Source: SAR86 cluster bacterium
GTDB lineage: Bacteria > Pseudomonadota > Gammaproteobacteria > Magnimaribacterales > D2472
Length of the DNA: 64,000 nucleotides
Assembly (NCBI GenBank): GCA_023703655.1
Contig: CP097973.1
Location: 971,831-1,035,830, forward strand
Reading direction: 5' to 3'
Positions 19,224-29,262 of the stretch are shown piece by piece; the stretch's first letter is position 1; the number at the start of each line of letters is the position of its first letter. The position numbers and the translations under genes were made by a program. The notes under the pieces were generated by a model that had not been told where the DNA came from, ran no database searches, and saw nothing but the letters and a program-made list of their open reading frames with translations.

Positions 19224-21284
19224 GTGAAAAGATATTTATACATTCCAGTAATACTTTTGTCTCTGTGTATAGCTAAAGTAGATGCAAAGTATGAGTTTCT
19301 AAACATATACATCGATAAGGACAAATTAGAGTTACAAGAAGAAATAATTTTAAAAATTACTTCAGAGCATTTTTTTGAATACAAAGATATAACAGAGATT
19401 AATAGCAATTTTCAAAGAATCTTAATTGAAAGCTTAGATCCGAATAAGACATACTTTACAAATGACGAGCTTAATATTTATGCATCAAGCAATAATCAAG
19501 AAAAAATCTTTGATTTAAATCAATCTTTTAAAATTTTAAATTTCTATTTCAATAGGCTTATTGAAGCAACAAACTTTCAAATTGAAACCTTGCAACATGA
19601 GGACTTTAACTTTTACAAAAATGACTTTTTAGACATATTTGCTGAAGATAATGATTGGCAGTTATCTAAAGATGAATTAAAAAATAATTGGTACCTGACA
19701 ACAAAGAGCGATTTACTTAATGAGATTATTTCTGATACAGATGATATTGATATTGATGAAAAAAAATCTGCATTGATCAAAAGATATGAGAGTAGAATTA
19801 AAATGATTCTTCAAAGAAATAATGAAGATTTCTTTTCATTGGTAATGAATACCTATACAAATCAATTTGACCCACATTCAGCTTACCTTTCACCCCAAAA
19901 CGCAGAAGATTTTGACATGCAAATGAGCTTAAAACTTGAAGGTATTGGGGCATTATTGGGAATTGAAGATGACTTTGCTAAAGTTGTCAGCCTGATTCCT
20001 GGAGGTCCTGCAGAAAAATCCAAAGAGATTTTTGCTGATGACAAGATTGTCTCAATTAGACAATATGGCGAAAAAGATAAGGTTGAAGTAATTGGATGGA
20101 GGATAGATGAAATTGTAAAACTAATTAGAGGAGATGCTGGGAGTAAAGTTGAGTTAGAAGTTATATCATCTAAATCTGATTCGCCCGAAAGAAAAATAGT
20201 TACTCTAACAAGAGAAGAGGTAAAACTTGAGGAACAGGCTGCAAAAAGCAAAATATTCAATCTTCAAAATAATGAAAAAAATATAAAATTAGGTGTTATT
20301 GAGCTTCCGGCATTTTATATAGATTTTAATGCTTGGAGAGATAGGGATCCTGATTTCAGAAGTAGCTCCAAAGATGTTGAAAAAATATTAGTGGATTTTA
20401 ATGAGCAAAATGTTGATGCTCTAATTGTTGATTTAAGAGGTAATTCTGGTGGTTCAATGTATGAAGCAAATAGGCTCACTGGATTATTCATAGCTTCTGG
20501 AGCAACCGTACAAGTAAAAGAAAGTTCTGGCAGCATCAGACCGTGGGGAGATGGAAGAGCGGTACAAGTTTGGAAAAAACCATTAGGAGTGTTGGTGAAT
20601 AGGTATTCAGCATCTGCTTCAGAAATTTTTGCAGGCGCTATTCAAGATTATAAGCGAGGCATTATTATTGGACACAGAACATTTGGAAAAGGTACAGTTC
20701 AAAGGCTTGATGATTTAAGTAATGGTCAAATAAAAATTACAGAATCTAAATTTTACAGAGTAAATGGCTCAAGCACTCAATCAAGAGGTATTACCCCAGA
20801 CGTAATGCTCCCGTCAACATGGGATATTGAAGAAACTGGTGAAAGTTCACTGGACCATGCACTTCCTTGGGACAATATCAAACCCATAAGGCACAGAACT
20901 TATAATGTTGATAATTACACCATAAATAATGTTCTTGATTCATTTAATTTAAGAATGAAGATGGATCCTAATCTACAATATCTTCTTAGGCTTAGGGAAA
21001 GATATGAAGAGCAAAAAAATAAAAAAAAGCTTTCCTTAAACATAAAGCAAAGAAAAATTGATAAAGAAGAACGCAAAGAATGGTTACTGCAAGTAGAAAA
21101 TACGAGACGCTCTCTCCTAGGAATTGATACATTTAATAACTATGAAGAGCTTGAAAATTTCAGAGATGAAATAGATCAAAGCATTATTAATCTTGAAAAT
21201 GATCATCTTTTAAACGAATCAACCAAAATTATGAAAGATTTTATTAATCATGAAAAGATGTTTCTCATCTCAGGCGCAGCTTAA
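19224..21284 (+). CDS. prc: Carboxy-terminal processing protease (Prc/Tsp)
   Basis: FDPHSAY, PDZ LEGIGA, DLRGNSGG, SASASEI, TFGKGTVQ. Confidence 0.95.
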   Translation: MKRYLYIPVILLSLCIAKVDAKYEFLNIYIDKDKLELQEEIILKITSEHFFEYKDITEINSNFQRILIESLDPNKTYFTNDELNIYASSNNQEKIFDLNQSFKILNFYFNRLIEATNFQIETLQHEDFNFYKNDFLDIFAEDNDWQLSKDELKNNWYLTTKSDLLNEIISDTDDIDIDEKKSALIKRYESRIKMILQRNNEDFFSLVMNTYTNQFDPHSAYLSPQNAEDFDMQMSLKLEGIGALLGIEDDFAKVVSLIPGGPAEKSKEIFADDKIVSIRQYGEKDKVEVIGWRIDEIVKLIRGDAGSKVELEVISSKSDSPERKIVTLTREEVKLEEQAAKSKIFNLQNNEKNIKLGVIELPAFYIDFNAWRDRDPDFRSSSKDVEKILVDFNEQNVDALIVDLRGNSGGSMYEANRLTGLFIASGATVQVKESSGSIRPWGDGRAVQVWKKPLGVLVNRYSASASEIFAGAIQDYKRGIIIGHRTFGKGTVQRLDDLSNGQIKITESKFYRVNGSSTQSRGITPDVMLPSTWDIEETGESSLDHALPWDNIKPIRHRTYNVDNYTINNVLDSFNLRMKMDPNLQYLLRLRERYEEQKNKKKLSLNIKQRKIDKEERKEWLLQVENTRRSLLGIDTFNNYEELENFRDEIDQSIINLENDHLLNESTKIMKDFINHEKMFLISGAA

Positions 21285-22090
21285 TGAAAATAGTATCTTT
21301 TAACATTAACAGTATTCGGGCTCGACCTCATCAATTAGAGTTTATTAGAGATACCATAAAACCTGACATAATCGGCTTACAAGAAACCAAAGTGCATGAC
21401 GACGAATATCCTATTGATGTTATTAATGATATTGGTTATCACTCTGAATATTGGGGGCAAAAAGGTCACTATGGTGTTGCGCTTCTCAGTCTTAATAAAC
21501 CAGTTGAAGTTGTAAAAGGTTTTAAAAATGATACTGATGAAGATCAAAAACGATTCATACAAGCTAAGTTTAAGTACGGTAGTGAAGAAATTATTGTTAT
21601 GAATGGATATTTTCCGCAAGGTGAAAATAGATCTCATGAAACAAAATTTCCAAAAAAAATAAAATTCTATAAGGATCTTAAAAAACATATATTTGAAACC
21701 AGAACAAAAGAAAAAAATCTTATTGTAATGGGTGATTTTAATGTTGCTCCTCAAGAAATAGATATTGGCATAGGAGAGAATAATAAGAAAAGATGGTTAC
21801 GAGATGGAAAATGTGCATTCTTGCCAGAAGAGATTGCACTTTGGGAGTCTATTAAAGATATTGGTTTTGTTGATACATGGAGAGAGTTTTATCCTGAGGA
21901 AAATAGCGTATATTCATGGTTTGATTACAGATCAAGAATGTTTGAGGATAATCCAAAAAGAGGACTTCGTATTGATCATATTTTACTTTCAAACAATCTT
22001 AGCAGTAAATTGAAAAGTGCAAATATTTGCTATGAGGCCCGTGCACTCATAAAACCTTCGGATCATTGTCCAGTATGGATTGAATTGTGA
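21284..22090 (+). CDS. xthA: Exodeoxyribonuclease III
   Basis: SFNINSIRAR, GLQETK, MGDFN, GLRIDH, SDHCP. Confidence 0.97.
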   Translation: MKIVSFNINSIRARPHQLEFIRDTIKPDIIGLQETKVHDDEYPIDVINDIGYHSEYWGQKGHYGVALLSLNKPVEVVKGFKNDTDEDQKRFIQAKFKYGSEEIIVMNGYFPQGENRSHETKFPKKIKFYKDLKKHIFETRTKEKNLIVMGDFNVAPQEIDIGIGENNKKRWLRDGKCAFLPEEIALWESIKDIGFVDTWREFYPEENSVYSWFDYRSRMFEDNPKRGLRIDHILLSNNLSSKLKSANICYEARALIKPSDHCPVWIEL

Positions 22091-22101
22091 TTACAAAAGA
22101 T

Positions 22102-23351
22102 CTACTTTCTCTTTGTTAAAAAACCGATCATCCCGGTTGATTCGCCATTGAAAACGACAATATTTTTATTTGGCATATATTTCATGTCCCTTATTCTTTC
22201 TCCAAAAAAGATTTTAGTATAAGAATTTTGGTTGGTATTGTATGCAAATATAGACTTTTCATTTTTCAATCCATGAATCCCCATGGATGAAAAAAGTAAA
22301 TTAACGTTTTTATCAATAAATTCACTTTTCACTGATGCAATTGCAGAAATTCCAATTGATGGTGTAAAAAATAATTTAGGCTCTTCAAAACCAAACTGAT
22401 CATGCGATTTGTGAAGTGGTGCTTTATTATAGAACTCATGATCTAAATCAGAAATAATTGCTCCCTCGATATTAACCTCACTGGACGCGTAGTGATAACC
22501 ATATGATGAAATTGGCCAACCAAAATTAATCGGATCAATAGATCTAAATTGATTGAGATTAATTTCATCTCCTCCATTTGGTCCATGCTCTGTAGACCAG
22601 ATTTGTTGTTCATCCTGCAAGTACACAATTCCTTGAACATTTCTATGACCATATGACAAAACTCTTGATATGCCAGTGGATTTTTCTATGAGAAGGATTT
22701 TTCCAAGCTCACTTTCCAGATCTTGCGCATGATCTCTGTATCTAAACGTACCAGTGCTAAACAAAAAATTATCCTTATCATATTCCGCTAAATATCCACC
22801 TGAATCTGAAGCATTATACTCACCATAATCATTATTTATTTCAATACATTCATTGGGGATAAAGAACTTCTCAAAATTAAGATAATCTAAATTAAAAGGT
22901 GCCTTTAGAATAGAAACGTTGAAGCACTCATCAGAAACTTGATTTGAAAAAGCAACATATATATTTTCCTCATCTACCAAAAAACCCTTAATGCCATATT
23001 GTCCTTGGCCATAAAAATCATAGTATCTAATGAGATTAAAGATGTTTGATCGTATATGATTCACCTCAATAAAATCTTCGCTCAGAGCAAGATCTTCTTT
23101 ATTAATTTTGAAAAATAAACCATTCTCTTGAACTAAAAAAATATAATTTTGGTTGATTGAGATATATGAGGTGCAATTGCCTGATCTTTTGGAATAAATT
23201 TTAGGATTTTTTCATTATTTAGTTCATTAATGTAGCTTTTCGTATAAATTGGGAGGTAATCTCGCAACAAACCTTTTATAGGTGTTTGATAAATATATAT
23301 AAGAATTAGTCCAAGCAATATGAATACTGACATTATTAATATTCTTTTCAT
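22102..23351 (-). CDS. Membrane-anchored PQQ-type glucose/sorbosone dehydrogenase-family protein, split by a frameshift near 23187-23190 (track ORFs 22102-23064 and 23133-23351)
   Basis: GHRNVQG, EHGPNGGDEIN, NFGWP; joined reading ILKFIPKRSGNCTSYISINQNYIFLVQENGLFF aligns with paralog 26490-27917. Confidence 0.82.
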
Positions 23352-23400
23352 ATGCGAATTGTAATTTTTTTTAATTTAAAATGCTTAAGTTATTATATAA

Positions 23401-24963
23401 ATGAAAACAAGTAAAAAGATTTTTTTAGAAGATTTTACAGTAATCATATTAATCTGTCTGAGTTTATTCTCAATTTTTCATTTCAAAGAATTTCTAGTTT
23501 ATCGAGACTTTTTAATAATTTGGGATGGAATTCAAGAAATAAGGGGCGGAAGATCGTTTTATGAGAACATTATTATTCCGATTGGAGCATTTACTTTTCA
23601 TTTTACATATGTTTTTTTAGAAATTTTTGGCAATAGTTGGTATGTCCTTCAAATAAGCCAAATATTCTTAAATTGCATAATGCTAATAACTGCTTACTTA
23701 ATTCTTCGTAAACATGAAAATAATAAATATGTTACATATATAGCATTAATTATTTTTGCATTTATCTATTTAATTTTACTAAATCACCCTTGGTATAATA
23801 ATTTAGCTGCATTGCTTACACTTCTAGTTTTCTACTTCATAGATTTTAAAAGTAAAACTATTATCATTCTGGCTGGAGTAATGAATGGACTATTATTTAT
23901 TACCAAATATGATTTTGGTGCTTATACATTCATGGCAGCAACTATATATTTATTTATTAATTCAAATAGATCTTTTGTTGGTTTTTTCAAAAAATTTCTT
24001 CTTTTTACGTCTGCTAACTGCTTAATTATCTCAATTGAATACATGTTTTACTCCAAAGAAATAATTGATCAGATCCTAAAACTAGTGTTTTTGAATGCTG
24101 ATTCACGTTCCTACAGATTTTTTGAATCAATAAATTTCCTAAATATCTGTAAATTTTATCTTTCTTTATGGTGTTTATTCTATGGATGGGGTGGGAATAA
24201 AATATTTTTGTTGGCAGGCTTGATAATGTTAGTTAGCCTACTGAGTGACTTGACCGGAGGAATATTTTATACACATTATTATTATCTTTTCATACTGCCC
24301 TCTATGCTCAATCAGATTAGATTAAAACATAATCTAAGAAAACATTTTTTAATTAATTCATTGCTTGTCATCATTATAATTTTGCCCTCAATGCGCTTAG
24401 CATTCTTTTCATATGAAAACTTACTGAGAGGTTATGCTGATCAAGAATATTTTAATTACCGAGATCTGAATACTGAGATAGAAATTATCGATTTAGGAGA
24501 ATGCTTTCCAGAACTCAAAAGATTATTAGGACCGGCAAATATATGCTCACTAAAAAGTAGGCTCGATAGATTAGCTAAATTAAATAAGCAAATTAAAATC
24601 CTGAATCTTACAGAATTAGGGTTTATAGATAATCAAAAATACTTTGAAAAAGATTCTCAATTTCCACTATGGTTGAAAAATGGTGTGACATTATCAAAAT
24701 CACTTGAAACTGAATTGATATCAAACGTGCAATCAAATTACTATGACATAGTGTTGATAGAATCGATTGATGAAAGTCTATCTAGTTATGCTTTTAGAGA
24801 TTATTTGAAAAAAATTGCTAAAAATAACCCAGCACTTGAGTTAGTTGCCTCAGATATTCATTCCTCAACCTGCCTCAAAAGGCAATCTTTGCGAAACTGC
24901 AATATTCATGTTTACTATAGTAAAGATTTAATTTCTCTTCTTGATAAAAAAGTTTTGCAGTAG
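23401..24963 (+). CDS. Polytopic membrane protein, probably GT-C/ArnT-like glycosyltransferase
   Basis: About 10 hydrophobic segments, early loop D..IIWD, PWYN, TKYD, soluble C-terminal domain; very AT-rich. Confidence 0.5.
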   Translation: MKTSKKIFLEDFTVIILICLSLFSIFHFKEFLVYRDFLIIWDGIQEIRGGRSFYENIIIPIGAFTFHFTYVFLEIFGNSWYVLQISQIFLNCIMLITAYLILRKHENNKYVTYIALIIFAFIYLILLNHPWYNNLAALLTLLVFYFIDFKSKTIIILAGVMNGLLFITKYDFGAYTFMAATIYLFINSNRSFVGFFKKFLLFTSANCLIISIEYMFYSKEIIDQILKLVFLNADSRSYRFFESINFLNICKFYLSLWCLFYGWGGNKIFLLAGLIMLVSLLSDLTGGIFYTHYYYLFILPSMLNQIRLKHNLRKHFLINSLLVIIIILPSMRLAFFSYENLLRGYADQEYFNYRDLNTEIEIIDLGECFPELKRLLGPANICSLKSRLDRLAKLNKQIKILNLTELGFIDNQKYFEKDSQFPLWLKNGVTLSKSLETELISNVQSNYYDIVLIESIDESLSSYAFRDYLKKIAKNNPALELVASDIHSSTCLKRQSLRNCNIHVYYSKDLISLLDKKVLQ

Positions 24964-25383
24964 TGTTTTGGAGTCTATTGCACGCATCCCATGCTCGTAT
25001 TTAACCTTATGATTTAAATAATTATGATCAAAAAAATTATCATTGGTAACAACTGCTCCAGACTTAGGTTCTGTAAGCGAGAAAAAAACTTTTTTGATTC
25101 TTGCGTGAACTATTGCCATGCAACACATATGACATGGTTCTAATGTTACAAACATTATATGATCCATTAGTCTGTAGTTTTTTGCTTTTTTGCATGCAAT
25201 TTCAATAGCATTTACTTCAGCATGTCTTAAAGGAGAATTATCTTTGATACACGAATTGCCAGCTGACGCAACAATTTCATTTTCGTGAACTATCACACAG
25301 CCGACAGGTACTTCTCCTGATTGACCAGCTTTTTTGGCTTCAGCTAATGCGCAACACATAAAGCTGTCAAACAAATTATTCAT
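24928..25383 (-). CDS. tadA: tRNA adenosine(34) deaminase
   Basis: GEVPVG, HAEVNA, VTLEPCHMC, LNH, LLQNFF. Confidence 0.93.
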   Translation of the reverse strand: MNNLFDSFMCCALAEAKKAGQSGEVPVGCVIVHENEIVASAGNSCIKDNSPLRHAEVNAIEIACKKAKNYRLMDHIMFVTLEPCHMCCMAIVHARIKKVFFSLTEPKSGAVVTNDNFFDHNYLNHKVKYEHGMRAIDSKTLLQNFFIKKRN

Positions 25384-25396
25384 GAAAATAATTAAT

Positions 25397-25483
25397 TGGT
25401 GCCCAGAGCCGGACTTGAACCGGCACGAAGTTGCCTTCGAGGGATTTTAAGTCCCTTGTGTCTACCAATTCCACCACCTGGGC
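25397..25483 (-). tRNA. tRNA-Leu(UAA), CCA encoded
   Basis: GCCCAGGTGGTGGAATTGGTAGACAC AGGGA-CTTAAAA-TCCCT, long variable arm, GGTTCAAGTCC, ends CTGGGCACCA. Confidence 0.97.
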
Positions 25484-25489
25484 ATAAAT

Positions 25490-26476
25490 TTATTCTTTGC
25501 TAAATTTAGACTGTGTATCTAGTTTAGTATAGTTTTTGCTATCAGCTCTTAAAATCTTTTCTTTAAAAAGCTGTTTGATACTGGCTGGAATAAAATCCTT
25601 GATAGATAATTGTTTCTTTACTAAACTTCGATCACAAGATAAATCTAAATTTTCCCACTCAATAGTCTTTAATGTTAACTTTTTTTTGTACCAAAAATTG
25701 CCATAAATTTGAGTCCTCTGTCCATGTAAATGTTGATAATTAGCTCTGACTGCATGGATTGTATCGTTATTTGGTGAAAATACTACGATAGAATTATTTT
25801 TATTTTGAACAAATTTTGTTTCACACCAATCCCATGGAAGCCAACACCTTTCAAAATCTTTGTTATGCTCCCAAAATTTTTGAATATATTGATACTTATC
25901 CTTTAACTGAAGATAATGGGTATGTATATCTGCATTCTCAGAATTTTTGAATGGATTAATATTAACCATATAAGTTAACGATTTTCTTCTAATATCTGGA
26001 TGAGGGCTTATCTCATATCCATCAAAATATTTTTGTATTCCATTATCAAAATAAACATTATTTAAATCGATGGAAAATTTTTCAGCAAGTGCCTCTTTGA
26101 ATTTATTTGAGTTAAAAAAATCATCTACTGATTGAAGAAACTCACTCTTATTCTCTAAAAGCCTAACAGTAAGACCAAAACTCTCACAAGCGGAATTTGA
26201 CCTGGAATCAAGTGATTTATGATTATGCCAATTTATATACTCTTTCTCACTGGATATACATCCCGGAAAATCAATAATTTTATACCCATTCTTAAAAACC
26301 TCATCAAATAAAGATTGATCATCAGACGTCTTATTTAAATTGATAGCTTTATCATTGATGATTGCATCAAAATGTTCGCCCGAAAAAAAATCCTCGATAT
26401 AAATCGCATCAAAAGGCATTGCCTTTATAGATGATGAACTTATCTTTTCTAATAAATAATCGAACATTTGCGTCAT
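25490..26476 (-). CDS. 2-oxoglutarate/Fe(II)-dependent oxygenase-like protein
   Basis: PFDAIYIEDFF N-terminus, HxD (PHPD), distal His (TIHAV), Arg (QRTQIYGN). Confidence 0.72.
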   Translation of the reverse strand: MTQMFDYLLEKISSSSIKAMPFDAIYIEDFFSGEHFDAIINDKAINLNKTSDDQSLFDEVFKNGYKIIDFPGCISSEKEYINWHNHKSLDSRSNSACESFGLTVRLLENKSEFLQSVDDFFNSNKFKEALAEKFSIDLNNVYFDNGIQKYFDGYEISPHPDIRRKSLTYMVNINPFKNSENADIHTHYLQLKDKYQYIQKFWEHNKDFERCWLPWDWCETKFVQNKNNSIVVFSPNNDTIHAVRANYQHLHGQRTQIYGNFWYKKKLTLKTIEWENLDLSCDRSLVKKQLSIKDFIPASIKQLFKEKILRADSKNYTKLDTQSKFSKE

Positions 26477-26489
26477 ATTTTAATTGGAA

Positions 26490-27917
26490 TTACTCCAATA
26501 AACCAATTAATGCATTTGATTCGCTTGTAAAAAATACCTTTTCTTTGATAATCTCAAAATCTCTTACCCTCTCACCAATAGGAATAGTTTGAAAATCATC
26601 AATTTCATTTTGTTCCCATTTAAAAAATGATAATGACATGTCTTGATCGGTTGAGTTATCTGGTCTTCCCAATGCCCCAACAATGTAGAAACTATCTGAA
26701 AATTTTGAAGAATTGTTAATTTTTATAATATCTGAAATTCCTATTGATGGGACAAAATATTTCACTGGTTCAATAAAGCCATAATTTTGATGAGATTTAT
26801 ACAATGGGAATTTTTTATATATTTCCCTAGTTCTTATTTCATAGAGATTTCCATCTTTGTCAATTCTTGAATTGCCATAGTGTCCTCCATATGATGCTAT
26901 TGGCCAACCAAAGTTTGTATTTTGATCATTTAGATTTAACAAATTAATCTCATCTCCACCTTGAGGTCCATGCTCAGTTAACCAAATTTTGTCATTTTCT
27001 TGATCAACATATATACCTTGAGCATTTCGAGTGCCTTTGGCAAGAACACTAACTGCTGCGTCAATTAAATTAATTTTTAGGATTTTACCAAAATAGGATT
27101 CTGAATCTTGAGCTAACCATCTACTTCTAAAATCACCTGTTGTGAAAACAATATGATTCTCGTCTAGGAGTGCCATCTTTCCACCAGTCTGATGAGCATT
27201 AAACTCATCAGATTGATATTGATTGATGCATTCATTTATTGAAAAAAACTCCTCAAAATTTAGCTTATTGCCAATCTGAGCCACTAATATACTGTTTGTA
27301 AAGCATCTAGGTTCTTTTTCAATAATAATTGACGCATACAATTTACTATCTGCTACTAATATGTCTTTTAAACCAAACTTGCTCATCGAGAAAAATTCCA
27401 AATATGAGATGAAGTCAATGATGTTTGATTCCAGATGTTCAACTGGCACTTTAAGAAAATCAATTCCTAGATCTGCTTCATGAAAATCTGAAGAGACTGA
27501 AAAAAATAACCCATTTTCTTGAGCAATAAGAAGTGTATCTTGGAAGCTATCTATATAGCTATTACCCAACTCAAGAACGTTTCCCTTGTATTTTAAAAAT
27601 GGGGCTTTGAATAAAGTAATATTGAATGGAGTATTGTTATACTCGAAAGGAATTTCCTTATAAAAAAGCATATCAAGATCGCTGTTTTTTACATTCAGGT
27701 ATTTTATCGCCTCGAGAGCATTCAGTGAAACTTTGTTTTTTTCTTTTAATTTTTTAAGATTTGAGTCGTTAGAGGTATATGTAGGAATATACGTTTCAAT
27801 TAGTACCTTAAAATATGTCTTAAAGAGATTTCTTTCTTCTGCTAGTGATTGTATTGCTATATATAAGCAAACAACAAAAATTATCAAGATTATGAAGAAA
27901 GTCAGTACATTTCTCAT
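26490..27917 (-). CDS. Membrane-anchored PQQ-type glucose/sorbosone dehydrogenase-family protein
   Basis: HQTGGK, TTGDF, GKILKI, GTRNAQG, EHGPQGGDEIN, NFGWP; N-terminal TM. Confidence 0.85.
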   Translation of the reverse strand: MRNVLTFFIILIIFVVCLYIAIQSLAEERNLFKTYFKVLIETYIPTYTSNDSNLKKLKEKNKVSLNALEAIKYLNVKNSDLDMLFYKEIPFEYNNTPFNITLFKAPFLKYKGNVLELGNSYIDSFQDTLLIAQENGLFFSVSSDFHEADLGIDFLKVPVEHLESNIIDFISYLEFFSMSKFGLKDILVADSKLYASIIIEKEPRCFTNSILVAQIGNKLNFEEFFSINECINQYQSDEFNAHQTGGKMALLDENHIVFTTGDFRSRWLAQDSESYFGKILKINLIDAAVSVLAKGTRNAQGIYVDQENDKIWLTEHGPQGGDEINLLNLNDQNTNFGWPIASYGGHYGNSRIDKDGNLYEIRTREIYKKFPLYKSHQNYGFIEPVKYFVPSIGISDIIKINNSSKFSDSFYIVGALGRPDNSTDQDMSLSFFKWEQNEIDDFQTIPIGERVRDFEIIKEKVFFTSESNALIGLLE

Positions 27918-29248
27918 AGCTTATTTTTGATATATTTTAATCCTTTATAAATAATGGTATCTGCAGAGATGTGTGATCTTAGAAAATTTTCTGTATTAAT
28001 TGAGAGTAAATCTCTCCAATAGTCTGCTGAATTGAGTTTATAGTACTTGAAATAATTTTTTAATTCTAATTGTGACTTTGCCAATCCATTATCACCATAT
28101 TTAGCAACATATGGAGAAAAATTTGGATACAAGCTCTCACAATTTATTAATTTTGTTTTCATAAAATTTCCAATCAGCATGTCATCAAAAATTTCATGTT
28201 TAATTGAGGTTATCAAAGAGTGCCTAGGTGCTTCAAAATAAATAAGCTCATCTCTGTCTGATAACTTAATTGAAATCTCCTCTCCTCCAACTTTGAAGAC
28301 AATGCAGCCAAAAAAATTTTTCAAATGCTCAAAGGAGCTGAAGTATTTTTTAAGCAAGAGTTTTTCATTATTGTCTAACTGGTCAGAATAGTTATCGCCA
28401 AAATCTTCAGGCTTTGCTAACATAATTTCAGTATTTCTTGGATTAGTTGGAGTGTAATCACCTTTTATGCTGTCCCAGAAGCCATGAGCTTGTAAGATTG
28501 TTTTATTTTCATTGAAGAAGTTTTCATCATGGCTATCAATAGGCGTTATGAATTTATTCATTTTTTCTGAGTCGGTTCTGTTATATCTATGAAATGTTGA
28601 AAAAGGAATTGCAAAGTTACAACCCATATCATTCATATGATACTCATACGATGGGCCAAGAGGTACTCTTTTGGATGCTTCTGGTTTTATAAAATTATCA
28701 TTCTCATCATATAAATTGATCATATCTGCATCACCCCAATTCATAAGTCTAAGTAAAAATCTATTTGGATAATTTTTTATTAATTTTTTTACAGTTGGTT
28801 TCCAACCAAGCAAATTGCCATCATTCATATTACATATGCAGTCTTTTTTTTGTATTTCAACAACCAAAGCTGCATCCTGATTCCAATCAGCAAAGCTTTT
28901 GATTCTCACATTTTTTGATATCTCAAACCAGGTATTGGATTTGATTTTAATGCATTCAAAATGCTTATCAAAGTAGTGAAATATACGATCACCAAAATGA
29001 TCTGGAATAAGAATTATTGCATTGTGCAAATATTTATAAGATTTGCTATCAATATGATCAGGATGTCCATGTGACAGCCAAATATATTTTGAATTGATAA
29101 TATTTGAAATGTTAGCCTCAGATATCTCATAGGGGTGTGTCCAACTTCCAAAATATGGCGTGCCGTCAATCCATGGATCTGTTGACAGTACAGGACCATC
29201 ATCAAACACTGTTAATGTTGCATTTCCAACTGTTTCAAAGCCAAGCAT
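27914..29248 (-). CDS. Metallo-beta-lactamase-fold protein, CMAH/UlaG-like
   Basis: TDPWIDG.PYFGSW, YIWLSHGHPDH (HxHxDH), NMND, IPFSTFH. Confidence 0.75.
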   Translation of the reverse strand: MLGFETVGNATLTVFDDGPVLSTDPWIDGTPYFGSWTHPYEISEANISNIINSKYIWLSHGHPDHIDSKSYKYLHNAIILIPDHFGDRIFHYFDKHFECIKIKSNTWFEISKNVRIKSFADWNQDAALVVEIQKKDCICNMNDGNLLGWKPTVKKLIKNYPNRFLLRLMNWGDADMINLYDENDNFIKPEASKRVPLGPSYEYHMNDMGCNFAIPFSTFHRYNRTDSEKMNKFITPIDSHDENFFNENKTILQAHGFWDSIKGDYTPTNPRNTEIMLAKPEDFGDNYSDQLDNNEKLLLKKYFSSFEHLKNFFGCIVFKVGGEEISIKLSDRDELIYFEAPRHSLITSIKHEIFDDMLIGNFMKTKLINCESLYPNFSPYVAKYGDNGLAKSQLELKNYFKYYKLNSADYWRDLLSINTENFLRSHISADTIIYKGLKYIKNKL

Positions 29249-29262
29249 AGAAATTATTTATT

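Noticed and set aside
25397-25483. tRNA-Leu as a prophage/ICE attachment site
   Set aside because: No integrase and no second copy of the tRNA 3' end found in the window
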